A stretch of DNA of 64,000 nt, taken from positions 141,732 to 205,731 of the forward strand of contig JBBRAU010000001.1 of NCBI GenBank assembly GCA_038206475.1, written 5' to 3'. The stretch is from Patescibacteria group bacterium. Lineage in GTDB: Bacteria; Patescibacteriota; UBA1384; JBBRAU01. How positions within the stretch are numbered: position 1 is the stretch's first letter; each line of letters opens with the position of its first letter. The notes under the pieces are model-generated. The model did not search any database and was not told the origin of the DNA. It worked only from the letters and a program-made list of their open reading frames with translations. This document shows, piece after piece, positions 20,669-29,461 of this stretch. The position numbers and the translations under genes were made by a program.

Positions 20669-22024
20669 GTGCTGAAGCTAACATTTGCTGGTGCTGCCGG
20701 CGAAGTCACCGGCAGCTGTCACCACCTGGCGACGCCTCACGGCAATCTACTCATTGACTGCGGCTTCTTTCAGGGTCGCCGCCTGGCTGAGGCCAAAAAC
20801 CACGACCCGTTTCCCTTCAACCCAGCCGAAGTGTCGGCGGTGTTGTTGACTCATGCTCATTTAGATCACGTCGGCCGTTTGCCGAAGCTAGTTGAAGAAG
20901 GTTTCCCGGGGCCAATTTACGCCACAGAAGCGACGGCTGAATTGGCCAAGCTGGTACTGCTAGATACGGTTGGCATTTTGGCCGAGCATGCCGAGCAAGA
21001 CGGCACCCTGCCTCTTTACGGTCGCGCTGATGTAGAGGCTACGCTCAAGCGCTTCAAGGCCATTCAGCTTGACGAGCCGTTTTCACCACTGCCGGCTGTA
21101 CGGGCGGCTGCTCGCGAGGCTGGCCATATTCTTGGTTCAGTCTTCTTTGAGCTGGAAGCTGACGGTAAACGGTTGGTGTTCTCCGGCGATCTCGGTAACG
21201 TGCCTTCGCCGCTGCTGAACCCCTCGACAGAACCAGTGCAAGGCCACGTGGTGGTCATAGAGTCCACTTACGGCGGTAAAACGCATGAGGCAGCCGAGAG
21301 CCGTCTAAAAACGGTGCATACGGCACTGGATCAGATTATTGCCAAGCGCGGCACACTCTTAATTCCGGCCTTTGCCATTGAGCGCACCCAAGAGCTACTG
21401 TTTTTCATTGACGCCCTGGCTCGCCACCGCGAAATTCGGGCGTTGCCGGTCTTCTTGGACAGCCCGCTAGCGATTGAAGTGACCAATATCTATAAGCGCT
21501 TCCCCGGTTTATTTCAGCCAAAAATTGCCGAGGAGCTGAAACACGGCAGCGATCCCTTCAACTTTCCTTTTCTCAAAATGACGCGCTCGGTGCAGGCCTC
21601 GCGCCAAATCAACCACATTCCCGGCCCCAAAGTAGTGATTGCCGGCGCTGGCATGATGGAGGGCGGACGTATTCACCACCACTTAATTCGGCACCTCGAC
21701 GAAGAAACGACCACGCTGCTAATAGTCGGTTTTCAGTCGCCTGGCACCTTGGGGAGGGAGATCGCCGACGGCGCCAAGCAAGTAGAGCTGGAAGGCCAGC
21801 CAGTTAAAGTACGCGCTCAGGTTGAGCAGGTGCAGGCCTTTTCCGCGCACGCAGATGAACCGCAACTACTGCACTTTTTGTCGGCGCTGAAGGCACCGCC
21901 TGAGCACTTATTTACCGTTCATGGCGAGCCAGAGAGCAGTCAAGCGCTTCTGTTGGCGATCAAAAAAGCTCACGGCTGGAGCGGCCTGGCACCGAAACTT
22001 GGCCAGACCGTTTCGCTCGACTAA
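20669..22024 (+). CDS. MBL-fold beta-CASP ribonuclease
   Basis: GAAGEVTGS, THAHLDHVG, AGHILGS, ESTYG, FSAHAD, VHGE. Confidence 0.93.
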   Translation: MLKLTFAGAAGEVTGSCHHLATPHGNLLIDCGFFQGRRLAEAKNHDPFPFNPAEVSAVLLTHAHLDHVGRLPKLVEEGFPGPIYATEATAELAKLVLLDTVGILAEHAEQDGTLPLYGRADVEATLKRFKAIQLDEPFSPLPAVRAAAREAGHILGSVFFELEADGKRLVFSGDLGNVPSPLLNPSTEPVQGHVVVIESTYGGKTHEAAESRLKTVHTALDQIIAKRGTLLIPAFAIERTQELLFFIDALARHREIRALPVFLDSPLAIEVTNIYKRFPGLFQPKIAEELKHGSDPFNFPFLKMTRSVQASRQINHIPGPKVVIAGAGMMEGGRIHHHLIRHLDEETTTLLIVGFQSPGTLGREIADGAKQVELEGQPVKVRAQVEQVQAFSAHADEPQLLHFLSALKAPPEHLFTVHGEPESSQALLLAIKKAHGWSGLAPKLGQTVSLD

Positions 22025-22166
22025 CCTGACACTTCTAAACAAGCTATCCGCCAGAGGGCGGATTTTTGTTTGGCTAAACTTGGTTTTTTACGCTTGTAAC
22101 AATACAGAGGGGGAGTATATAGTGGATTTAAGCCAGTATGGTGGGGACAACGTGAAAAGGAGATGC

Positions 22167-22385
22167 ATGGACGAAGCCACTCGCGGCAAATTACAAAATC
22201 GCCTCCATCGGCTGGAGGGACAACTGCGGGGGATCGAAAACATGGTCTATGCCGAGCGCGACCTGGCTGAGGTAGTGCAGCAGCTGTGGGCCGTACGCGG
22301 CAGTGTGACTGCCGTGGTGCTTAGCTTGATTGAAGCTGAAGAGGCTTCACCCGAGCTTCTCAAGCGACTGCTCCGCTCGGTGTAG
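22167..22385 (+). CDS. CsoR/RcnR-family repressor-like protein lacking Cys ligands
   Basis: NRLHRLEGQLRGIENMV...EVVQQL.AVR; SD AAAAGGAG. Confidence 0.75.
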   Translation: MDEATRGKLQNRLHRLEGQLRGIENMVYAERDLAEVVQQLWAVRGSVTAVVLSLIEAEEASPELLKRLLRSV

Positions 22386-23094
22386 TGCTCTCCTCTTCAG
22401 GACTAGACATCGGAATGGTCACCTGGGCAAGCGTGCCTACTTTCTGACCGGTCGAGGGGTCTTTGAGCTCGAAGTAGCGCGGTGGGATACCGAGTGCGTC
22501 CAAAATCATTGAACCCATACCACCTTCGCGGTCACCAGTCACTTCTACACGTTGTTCGCTACTTAAGTTCTTAGCTGATGTTGCCTCATCTCGACGAGCG
22601 TTCAATGCCTGCAAGCTGATCCCGCCACGATCGCGAAACTCCAACTGCAACTCATGGCGGGCATTATTCCAATCGGCGGTGAAGCCAAAACTACCTACCT
22701 CGAGCGGTCGGTTGGGGTCATGGAGTGTGCCATGCGCGGCAGCATTGCTGGCTAGTTCGTCAAAGCCAAGCTCCAGGGTGTCTTTAGCTGCGCTCTCAAC
22801 GAATCGGCGGCCAAGAGCTTGTCGTACGAGCCTAACAGCCAACGGGTCACTCGGTACTTCAATTTCGACGTGTGGATGAATAAAAAAGTAATCCGTTAAA
22901 GCACAAACGGCAGTTTCTTGGCCCGCTTCGTCCTTGCTGCCGGTCATAATCCTGTCTTTTACCAGACTGAACAGTATTTCGGTCAGCTCGCTCGAACTTA
23001 TTGTTGCTTCGGGCTTTGGTGCGGCCTCAACTGGCCGTACCCACCATTCCGGCTTTTCTTGCCTCGCGGGCGGTGGTGTAAGTATCTCAGGCAT
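22360..23094 (-). CDS. RsbW/SpoIIAB-like HATPase_c protein
   Basis: VPSDP..VRLVR, ELASNAAAHG (N box), FRDRGG (G1), GGMG (G2); ATG overlaps the upstream gene's TGA (ATGCCTGA). Confidence 0.6.
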   Translation of the reverse strand: MPEILTPPPARQEKPEWWVRPVEAAPKPEATISSSELTEILFSLVKDRIMTGSKDEAGQETAVCALTDYFFIHPHVEIEVPSDPLAVRLVRQALGRRFVESAAKDTLELGFDELASNAAAHGTLHDPNRPLEVGSFGFTADWNNARHELQLEFRDRGGISLQALNARRDEATSAKNLSSEQRVEVTGDREGGMGSMILDALGIPPRYFELKDPSTGQKVGTLAQVTIPMSSPEEESTTPSGAVA

Positions 23095-24544
23095 GGACGT
23101 AGACCACCGTGCCGACATCGGTCCAATCATACAGTTGGGCGGCATTGGCATCAGTGAGGCGAATGCAGCCGTGCGAAACCGGTGTACCAATGTGACCGGC
23201 GCCTTCTTTGGCGCCGCTTGGCCACTCAGGCAAAGCGTGCAAACCGTAAGAGCTGCCGATAAACGGCATCCAATATGGCATATAGAGGCCGAAGGTCGCC
23301 GAATAGGCGCGGACTGATTTGCCATCCTGAACGTGGAAGACGCCAATTGGCGTCGGTGTTGACCATTTGCCGGTCGAAACGCCAGCTGACAGAAACTGTT
23401 GATCACCATCCCAGGCAATAAGCTGCTGCGATGACAGGTCAACTTCAATGTATTTACCGGGATAAAGGCCAGGGGTAAACGCTGGCGTAATCTTTTTTAC
23501 CCCGGCAGCAACTGCTCTGACGGTCACTTGGGCCGAGGAAGTTGTTTGGTAGCTGTCGGTTAGTGCTTTACTGATGGCGGCAAAGGTGGCGTCGCGGTCA
23601 ATTTTACTGCCGTCTCGGCCCTCTTTCTGAACTGCTCCAGTGAGGGTATTCACTTCGCGGGCGACGGCCGGTCGCTCAACGTGCTCGGCGATTGTGTCCA
23701 GACTGCGATTGACGGCGTCTTGATCGATGGCCAGGTTGAGGATTTTGTCCTGGCGGGTGACGACTAGCCACTTCAGAATGTCTAGGCTGTCTACTTGATA
23801 GGTTTGGCTGCCGACCTGCAGCTGGAGTGGTGCACTACTCCACAGCTTCATTTCATCAGCCACACGGTTGGCCTCATCCGTGCTGACGCCGGGCGATTCA
23901 TCAGAGTAGTGCAGCACAATGGGCTGCTCTAGTTGGTTGCTACTCAGCGTTTTCAAGAGGTCGGCTTTAGTCTGGTCCACATCAATATGCTTGCCGGTTT
24001 TGGCTGGCACAACAATAACTTGGCCGTTTTTGCTGCTGACAGCGGCATCTTGAGCGGTGGTTTGAGCTGTTTTTAAGCTTGTAGCCACGGCGTTGGCAAA
24101 TTGGCCGCCGTCGAGCTGCCAGTGCAATGGGTCGTGGTTTGGCCAGATCAGTCCGGCCAGCATTTCGCTGAGGCTGTCCCAAAAGGCGCTGTGGTGGCCG
24201 GACTGCCAGCTCTGGCTAACGGCGCCGGCAATATCGAGGCTGGCGCCAAGTTCCGTTACGGGCATCGCGGCTAGAAAGCTTGCGCCATCGCTAAAATGGG
24301 CTGACTGCTGTTCAAGGTAGCTCTTAGCCGCGACCAATTTGTCACGTGCCTCGCGGCGGGTCAGGCCAGCCACCGAGATGCCGCCGATAGATGTCCGCGG
24401 CAAAAAGCGGTGGGCGTAGCTCTCGTGGTAGCCAACCAACAGTAAAATAACAAAGGCCGCCGTGAAGAAGGCCAACAAACCGGACCGGATGGCCAGGTGT
24501 AGCCGATGACGTGGTTTCGGCGGATTAATTGACATTTTTATCAT
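23087..24544 (-). CDS. L,D-transpeptidase (YkuD) with peptidoglycan-binding-4-like region
   Basis: N-terminal TM; IEVDLSSQQL, VSTG...TP.G.F, GLHALP, SHGCIRL. Confidence 0.92.
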   Translation of the reverse strand: MIKMSINPPKPRHRLHLAIRSGLLAFFTAAFVILLLVGYHESYAHRFLPRTSIGGISVAGLTRREARDKLVAAKSYLEQQSAHFSDGASFLAAMPVTELGASLDIAGAVSQSWQSGHHSAFWDSLSEMLAGLIWPNHDPLHWQLDGGQFANAVATSLKTAQTTAQDAAVSSKNGQVIVVPAKTGKHIDVDQTKADLLKTLSSNQLEQPIVLHYSDESPGVSTDEANRVADEMKLWSSAPLQLQVGSQTYQVDSLDILKWLVVTRQDKILNLAIDQDAVNRSLDTIAEHVERPAVAREVNTLTGAVQKEGRDGSKIDRDATFAAISKALTDSYQTTSSAQVTVRAVAAGVKKITPAFTPGLYPGKYIEVDLSSQQLIAWDGDQQFLSAGVSTGKWSTPTPIGVFHVQDGKSVRAYSATFGLYMPYWMPFIGSSYGLHALPEWPSGAKEGAGHIGTPVSHGCIRLTDANAAQLYDWTDVGTVVYVHA

Positions 24545-24610
24545 TTTTCACAATTATTTTGATAGGGTCTGTTTTTTTCTATCGTACAGACAATCACCGA
24601 CCAGTAAAAT

Positions 24611-24647
24611 GGGTGCGTAAGAACCTGCTCCTTCGGAACAGAACCTT
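24611..24647 (+). repeat. tRNA-end hairpin element upstream of tRNA-Ile
   Basis: GGGTGCGTA (tRNA nt 1-9) AG-AACC-TGCTCC-TTC-GGAACA-GAAC-CTT. Confidence 0.75.
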
Positions 24648-24742
24648 TTCACTTGACGCTCCTGATAGCTCACTGGTTTGACGGGTAGGCTTACCACGCC
24701 AGTGGCAAGCCTTTGCAATAGATTTGCAGAATTGATGAACAC

Positions 24743-24818
24743 GGGTGCGTAGCTCAGTGGTTAGAGCAGACGGCTTATATCCGTCCGGTCCTAGGTTCGA
24801 TCCCTAGCGCACCCACCA
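24743..24818 (+). tRNA. tRNA-Ile (anticodon UAU)
   Basis: Acceptor GGGTGCG/CGCACCC-ACCA, anticodon arm GACGG-CTTATAT-CCGTC, T arm CTAGG-TTCGATC-CCTAG. Confidence 0.93.
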
Positions 24819-24924
24819 GCCACATACCCACATTGGTGTGTGGACATGTGACTGGTGTAGGAGATAGATCGAACCGGCAAGCGTAGTTTGCTTGGTGAGA
24901 GCCCATGAGACGAACAACGTGAGT

Positions 24925-24969
24925 CGCAAGGTTCTGCTGCGCAGCAGCAGGTTCTTTGCGCACCCACCA
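24925..24969 (-). repeat. tRNA-end hairpin element downstream of tRNA-Ile
   Basis: Plus strand reads CGCAAG-GTTC-TGCTGC-GCA-GCAGCA-GGTT-CTTTGCG-CACCCACCA; the last 12 nt copy the tRNA 3' end. Confidence 0.8.
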
Positions 24970-24987
24970 ACGATCATCTAAAGATGC

Positions 24988-25110
24988 GTGCCTTACGATC
25001 TTCTAAATCAGTATAATGCCATTGTCGCACTTGGTGGTGACGTCTCGCCTGAAAGCGGGCTTAATCCACAAGCTCAGAAGTGTGTTGAGAAAAGCACTGG
25101 AAGGGGGTAG
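24988..25110 (+). pseudogene. Possible N-terminal remnant of a YdcF/DUF218-like gene
   Basis: Reads VPYDLLNQYNAIVALGGDVSPESGLNPQAQKCVEK then stops; resembles the AIVVLGG start of DUF218. Confidence 0.25.
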
Positions 25111-25185
25111 GTAGCTGGGATGTAGACTAGGCATAGCCAAGAAATCCAATAACCATGACTTGCGAAAGTGAAAAAATAAGCATGA

Positions 25186-25215
25186 TCAAAAACACCGGCT
25201 AGCCGGTGTTTTTGA
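25186..25215. terminator. Bidirectional terminator / perfect 30-bp palindrome
   Basis: TCAAAAACACCGGCT-AGCCGGTGTTTTTGA between converging transcripts. Confidence 0.85.
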
Positions 25216-25234
25216 ATGTTGTGATCGGGGGCGG

Positions 25235-25492
25235 TTAGCTTGGGCCTGGAGAAGGGGAGGTGCTGTCAGTTGCGCTTGGGGTGCTGCTCACGGAACTCTC
25301 TGGCAGGACGCCACTTTGATCGGTTGCGGTGTCGGTAGGTACCACCGTACTGCTCTGGTCAACGCCGGTGTTGGTCGTTGCGGCGTTGCCTTTGGTGGAG
25401 TAGCGATACACGGCCACCACAATCAAGACAACAATAACAACTAGCACCAATGTTGCCGTACTGCTCATGCCGGCTTTTGCAGTTTTGGACAT
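25235..25492 (-). CDS. Small single-TM protein with Ser/Thr/Pro tail
   Basis: SD AAAGGA, basic leader ending KAG, hydrophobic helix, low-complexity tail. Confidence 0.7.
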   Translation of the reverse strand: MSKTAKAGMSSTATLVLVVIVVLIVVAVYRYSTKGNAATTNTGVDQSSTVVPTDTATDQSGVLPESSVSSTPSATDSTSPSPGPS

Positions 25493-25785
25493 AACAATCC
25501 TTTCGTTTCTTGTTTATAGCAGTATTCGCGAAAACCTGAAGCTTAAGGGGCTAAGCGAGCCAAAAGGCGCGTATGGTTAGCCCGTTAGCTCACATGGTGA
25601 AGCGAAGCTGCTAATACGTTATCTCATGCGTCAAGCAGGTGGAAAACCCGACCACAAGTTCGTCGGTTCTTCATACCATGACCAACTCAGCTGAGAAGCG
25701 GCTGAGCCAGTGCACTCCTCTATTGAAAGGGAATTTCCAGAAAATACAAGATTGACGGGGCAGCCGACGTCTTGCTAGCGTTCTA

Positions 25786-26100
25786 GGCGGTAACACGTTT
25801 GTACCTATGGTCTGCGCCAGCGGGCCCAGAGGTTCTGAAGCAATGCTTTAGGTCCTCAGGACCGGCAACACTTGATCCAGCGGTGTACCGCCGGATCCAT
25901 GCAAAAGGAGGGGCGGCTAGTCTTTCGTCGAAGCAGCATAGTTGTTTGCGACCGATTGACGGCCCGTGGCAGTGCCACGCTCGTTTGCACGATAAGCAGG
26001 CTATGGGAAGTGGCGGTCGTGCCGCAGCACCACCCTTGTGACTGAATGATATTTTTGGGCCCGCCTCGCTGCGTCGAGCGCCGGCCACACTCTTGCCGTC
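25786..26100 (+). ncRNA. Candidate large structured RNA / 5' leader of the 917-aa surface protein
   Basis: Promoter-like TTGACG-N18-TAGCGT at 25752-25781; closing helix 25820-25830/26054-26064 and internal hairpins. Confidence 0.45.
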
Positions 26101-26231
26101 TGCTTATATACGAAGCAGCCAGTTTTTGCTAATCAGGCGGCCGGAGTCCTGATTTCTCTTAGCCTGCGCTCCAATTTCTGGAGGGCAGAGATTAAAATTG
26201 AAAAATGAGCATATAGAAAGAAAGGAAGCAG

Positions 26232-28985
26232 ATGCATAGTGCATCGTACAGCTCTCCACCGCATGCATCGCTCCGCCGTCTCAGTCAGCTGGTGCTGGCT
26301 GGTCTGACCGTCGTGCAGACGGTAGTTTTGGGCGTCGGCGCCGGTGGTGTGGCTCATGCCGCAAGTGGTATTGAGCTCACAGAGTTTGTCCCAAGCTACG
26401 GTGGCCAAGCCGAAGTTGAATTAAAAAACACCGGCAGCACCCCGGTTGACATCAGTGGAACCACTATCGCTATCAACGGCACCTCACGTTTGACTATTCC
26501 CGCCGCCACCATGCTGGCCGCTGGTCAAAGCCAGGCCTTTGCTGCCGGCTCTGCCGTTGCTAGCTCCGCCACAACCACCAGCTTGACCGTTGCAGTCACC
26601 GACCCAACCGGCGTCGTCCAGAGCCTGTCGCTTGGTTTGCTTGGTGATTTGCCGGCACCGGACAGCAGCCGGGCGGTCGCCAAAATCGGCGGCGTTTACT
26701 ACGCCAACCTGCTGCCAACCTTAAATGCTGACAATACGACCAGCGGGTTGACCTTGCCGGACCAGCCGGCAAGCCTCATGATTGGCGGCGACAACGCGAT
26801 CTCCAGCGACGAGCAGTCCGCCACGCCATTTCAGCTGACCTTAGCCAGCCATGCCGCCGGCACCGAGTTTGCTAAGAGCTACCTCGTGCAGAGTGGTGCT
26901 GTTCGTGACGCTGCCACAGGCTTGGTTACCGGCAGCCCGGCCAGCTGGACAGCCAACACAACTGACCTGACCGCCGGCAGTGCCACCGGCCGCGTTTACC
27001 TTGAATCAAGCAGCGGTGTCAGAAGCGCCATTCTCGGCCAAGCCGTGACAGTCAGCACTGCCCCAGTTATTGTGCCGCTTGCCGCCAGTATCAGCGAGCC
27101 GGCTGTCGGCAACCGCGCCTTCACCACCGTGACTTATACGGTGAGCCGCGACGCCGAGTCGGCGGTACTGCGCTTCTCCACAGACGGTGCCTTTGCGACC
27201 GGTATGCACGAAGAGAGCGTGCCGGCTGGTGCCGGCAGCCACACCGTTGCACCAACCGGGGCCGGATTAACCAACGGCCAGCGTTACGCCGTCCGGTTGG
27301 TTGTCTCGGACGCCAGCGGACAAAGTGTAACGGCCAACGCCCTTGGCCTATTCAGCTACGACCCAGAGGTGCCAGCTGGCAGTTTCTCAATTCGTAGCAC
27401 GACGACGCCGGTAACCGACAACGTCAGTTTGACGACCGGTCAAGAAGTCAACTTAGTCATCCCAGCCAGTAGCTTATCCGACAATGTTACCGCAACGCCG
27501 TTTTTGAAAGTTGAATTCTCAAACGACGGTCAGCATTTTGGTAGCGCCACTGACGCCCACGGCAACATTACCGACGCAACTCCAGTGTTGGTGGCCAATT
27601 TGCCGCTCGGCGCCGATGGCAAGTACGTCGTGACCTCAGCCGGCCGCCGCTGGTTTTTGACCGATGGCAATGGCAGCAAAACCATTTCCTTCCATGTCAT
27701 TGACGAAGCCGGCAACCGCAGCCCTGTCGTCAGTCAAAACATTGAGCTGGACACGCGCTTAACCGGTTTGACAGGTATTGTTCTGCCAGCAGGCACGACC
27801 ACGACCGAGCTGCATCCGTTCGCCGCAAGCACCGACGATATCATTGTGAAAAGCATCACGACCAAATCAGACAGCGCCGTCACTCTGACCGCCAGCCATT
27901 ACGCCAGCAATCCTTATCCAACTGGTGTTTTGCCAGAGGGCTACACGTTGGTCGGTCCATACTTTAACTTGTCGGTCAATCCAGACAAAAGCCTTAGCTA
28001 CCCAACAACCTTCCGGGTCTACTTCACCCAAGCTGAGCTTGATGGCGCCGGTGTGACCATTGGTAAGATGGCTAGCGCTGTATTCTACGATGCCAGTTCA
28101 AATCACTGGAAACTGTACCAAGGCGACGAAGGCCGCTCAATTGTGGTTAAAAGCTCTGACCGTGCTGGCTTCGTCGGCTACGTCGAGGTTACGGCTAACC
28201 ACCTGACGCCGATGGCCTTGGCCGCCAAAACCGCCGCCTTTGCCCCAGCCGGTCTAACCGTCACGCCGCACAACGGTCAAGTAACCCTGAAATGGGACGC
28301 CCGTTCGTCGGCGACGCACTACCTGGTGGTTTATCGCCGCCAAGGCAGCACCGAGGCGACACAGGTGGGAACTACAGGCACAGAAGTGACCATCTCCGGT
28401 CTTGGTAACGGTACCACCTACGAGTTCTTCGTTTATGGATTGGACGACTTCGGCAACCAGAGCGCCTTGTCGGCCACCGCGGCTGCTACGCCGATTGCGC
28501 CCGTCGTCAAGACCGCCAGTGCACCAACACGCCACTTCGATCGCTTCGGTAACTTAGTTGACCAAAACGACAACATTATTGCCACCGTGCAATCCTCAAC
28601 GGCCACGACACCAGCCGAAACCAGTTCACCGACGCCAACCCCGGAGGTTACCGCTTCGGCCAGTTCGAGCCCGGAAGAAACCTCAACCAGCTCAGACCGT
28701 ACACCGTGGATCGTGCTCGGCGTGCTGGTGGCACTGGCCGCTCTGGCCACGGCCGGTTACTTCTACTGGTTCCGTGACGAAGACGACCTACCGCCAACTG
28801 TCCCTCCGACCAGCGGCGGAAGTGTTGCCAAGACCGAAGTCAAAAAGACCAATCAAGGTGGGGTAACGACCACCGTTCGCGGCCCATCCGGCCAGCCCGA
28901 GGCACCGCCACCTCCACCAGCCAGACCGCAGACGCCGTCCCCGGAAAAACCACCTACAGACAAAGCTCCGCCCCCTCGTTGGTGA
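26232..28985 (+). CDS. Large cell-surface protein: lamin-tail-like, Ig-like and FN3 domains, C-terminal TM, Pro-rich tail
   Basis: Signal peptide (AHA), EVELKNTG..PVDISG (LTD-like), LTVTP.NGQVTLKWD...GLGNGTTYEFFV (FN3), TM near the C-terminus. Confidence 0.8.
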   Translation: MHSASYSSPPHASLRRLSQLVLAGLTVVQTVVLGVGAGGVAHAASGIELTEFVPSYGGQAEVELKNTGSTPVDISGTTIAINGTSRLTIPAATMLAAGQSQAFAAGSAVASSATTTSLTVAVTDPTGVVQSLSLGLLGDLPAPDSSRAVAKIGGVYYANLLPTLNADNTTSGLTLPDQPASLMIGGDNAISSDEQSATPFQLTLASHAAGTEFAKSYLVQSGAVRDAATGLVTGSPASWTANTTDLTAGSATGRVYLESSSGVRSAILGQAVTVSTAPVIVPLAASISEPAVGNRAFTTVTYTVSRDAESAVLRFSTDGAFATGMHEESVPAGAGSHTVAPTGAGLTNGQRYAVRLVVSDASGQSVTANALGLFSYDPEVPAGSFSIRSTTTPVTDNVSLTTGQEVNLVIPASSLSDNVTATPFLKVEFSNDGQHFGSATDAHGNITDATPVLVANLPLGADGKYVVTSAGRRWFLTDGNGSKTISFHVIDEAGNRSPVVSQNIELDTRLTGLTGIVLPAGTTTTELHPFAASTDDIIVKSITTKSDSAVTLTASHYASNPYPTGVLPEGYTLVGPYFNLSVNPDKSLSYPTTFRVYFTQAELDGAGVTIGKMASAVFYDASSNHWKLYQGDEGRSIVVKSSDRAGFVGYVEVTANHLTPMALAAKTAAFAPAGLTVTPHNGQVTLKWDARSSATHYLVVYRRQGSTEATQVGTTGTEVTISGLGNGTTYEFFVYGLDDFGNQSALSATAAATPIAPVVKTASAPTRHFDRFGNLVDQNDNIIATVQSSTATTPAETSSPTPTPEVTASASSSPEETSTSSDRTPWIVLGVLVALAALATAGYFYWFRDEDDLPPTVPPTSGGSVAKTEVKKTNQGGVTTTVRGPSGQPEAPPPPPARPQTPSPEKPPTDKAPPPRW

Positions 28986-29006
28986 TCTCGTCAAACGAAT
29001 AAAAAA

Positions 29007-29036
29007 CATCCCCGCGCGAATGCCCGCGCGGGGATG
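29007..29036. terminator. GC-rich hairpin after the surface protein gene
   Basis: CATCCCCGCGCG-aatgcc-CGCGCGGGGATG preceded by an A tract. Confidence 0.7.
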
Positions 29037-29062
29037 GTACGGTTTGCGCTATACTGAGAACA

Positions 29063-29461
29063 ATGTCCCGCTCTGAGCAATTGACGAATCTTCTCTTTCG
29101 CGTCGGCGGTTTTATGGTGCTTATCTATGCCTTCTGGCTGATCGGCCGTGCCATCGTGCAAAACATTCACCAAAACCAGACGTTGGCTGATGCGACCAAA
29201 GCGGTGGATGCAGCCAAAGCGAAAAATGACGCTTTGCGCCTGGAGATTGCCTACGAGCAGACCGATACTTACCGCGAGAAGGAGCTTCGGCGTCGCTTCG
29301 GCTATCGCAAGGCTGGTGAAGTGGTGGTCTCAATGCCAGAGAATGCTGATCCGGAGACAACGCCGACGCCGACAGCTCAGCTGGAACCGCCGCCCGGTGT
29401 CGAGCGCTCGCCAGCCCGCCTTTGGTGGCAGTATTTCTTGGGTAAAAGCTCGCAGCGTTAA
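29063..29461 (+). CDS. Septum formation initiator (DivIC/FtsB-like)
   Basis: N-terminal TM, coiled coil, Y.EKELRRRFGY.K.GE.VV motif. Confidence 0.75.
   Translation: MSRSEQLTNLLFRVGGFMVLIYAFWLIGRAIVQNIHQNQTLADATKAVDAAKAKNDALRLEIAYEQTDTYREKELRRRFGYRKAGEVVVSMPENADPETTPTPTAQLEPPPGVERSPARLWWQYFLGKSSQR

Noticed and set aside
23095-23448. N-terminal 118 aa of ORF 22360..23448
   Set aside because: Overlaps the L,D-transpeptidase catalytic domain in another frame; ATG 23094 coupled to the upstream stop is the more plausible start.
25786-26100. RNase P, tmRNA or SRP RNA
   Set aside because: No GAGGAAAGUCC, no tRNA-like ends with a tag frame, and no intact SRP helix-8 motif; only fragments such as AGTGCCAC and GAAGCAGC.
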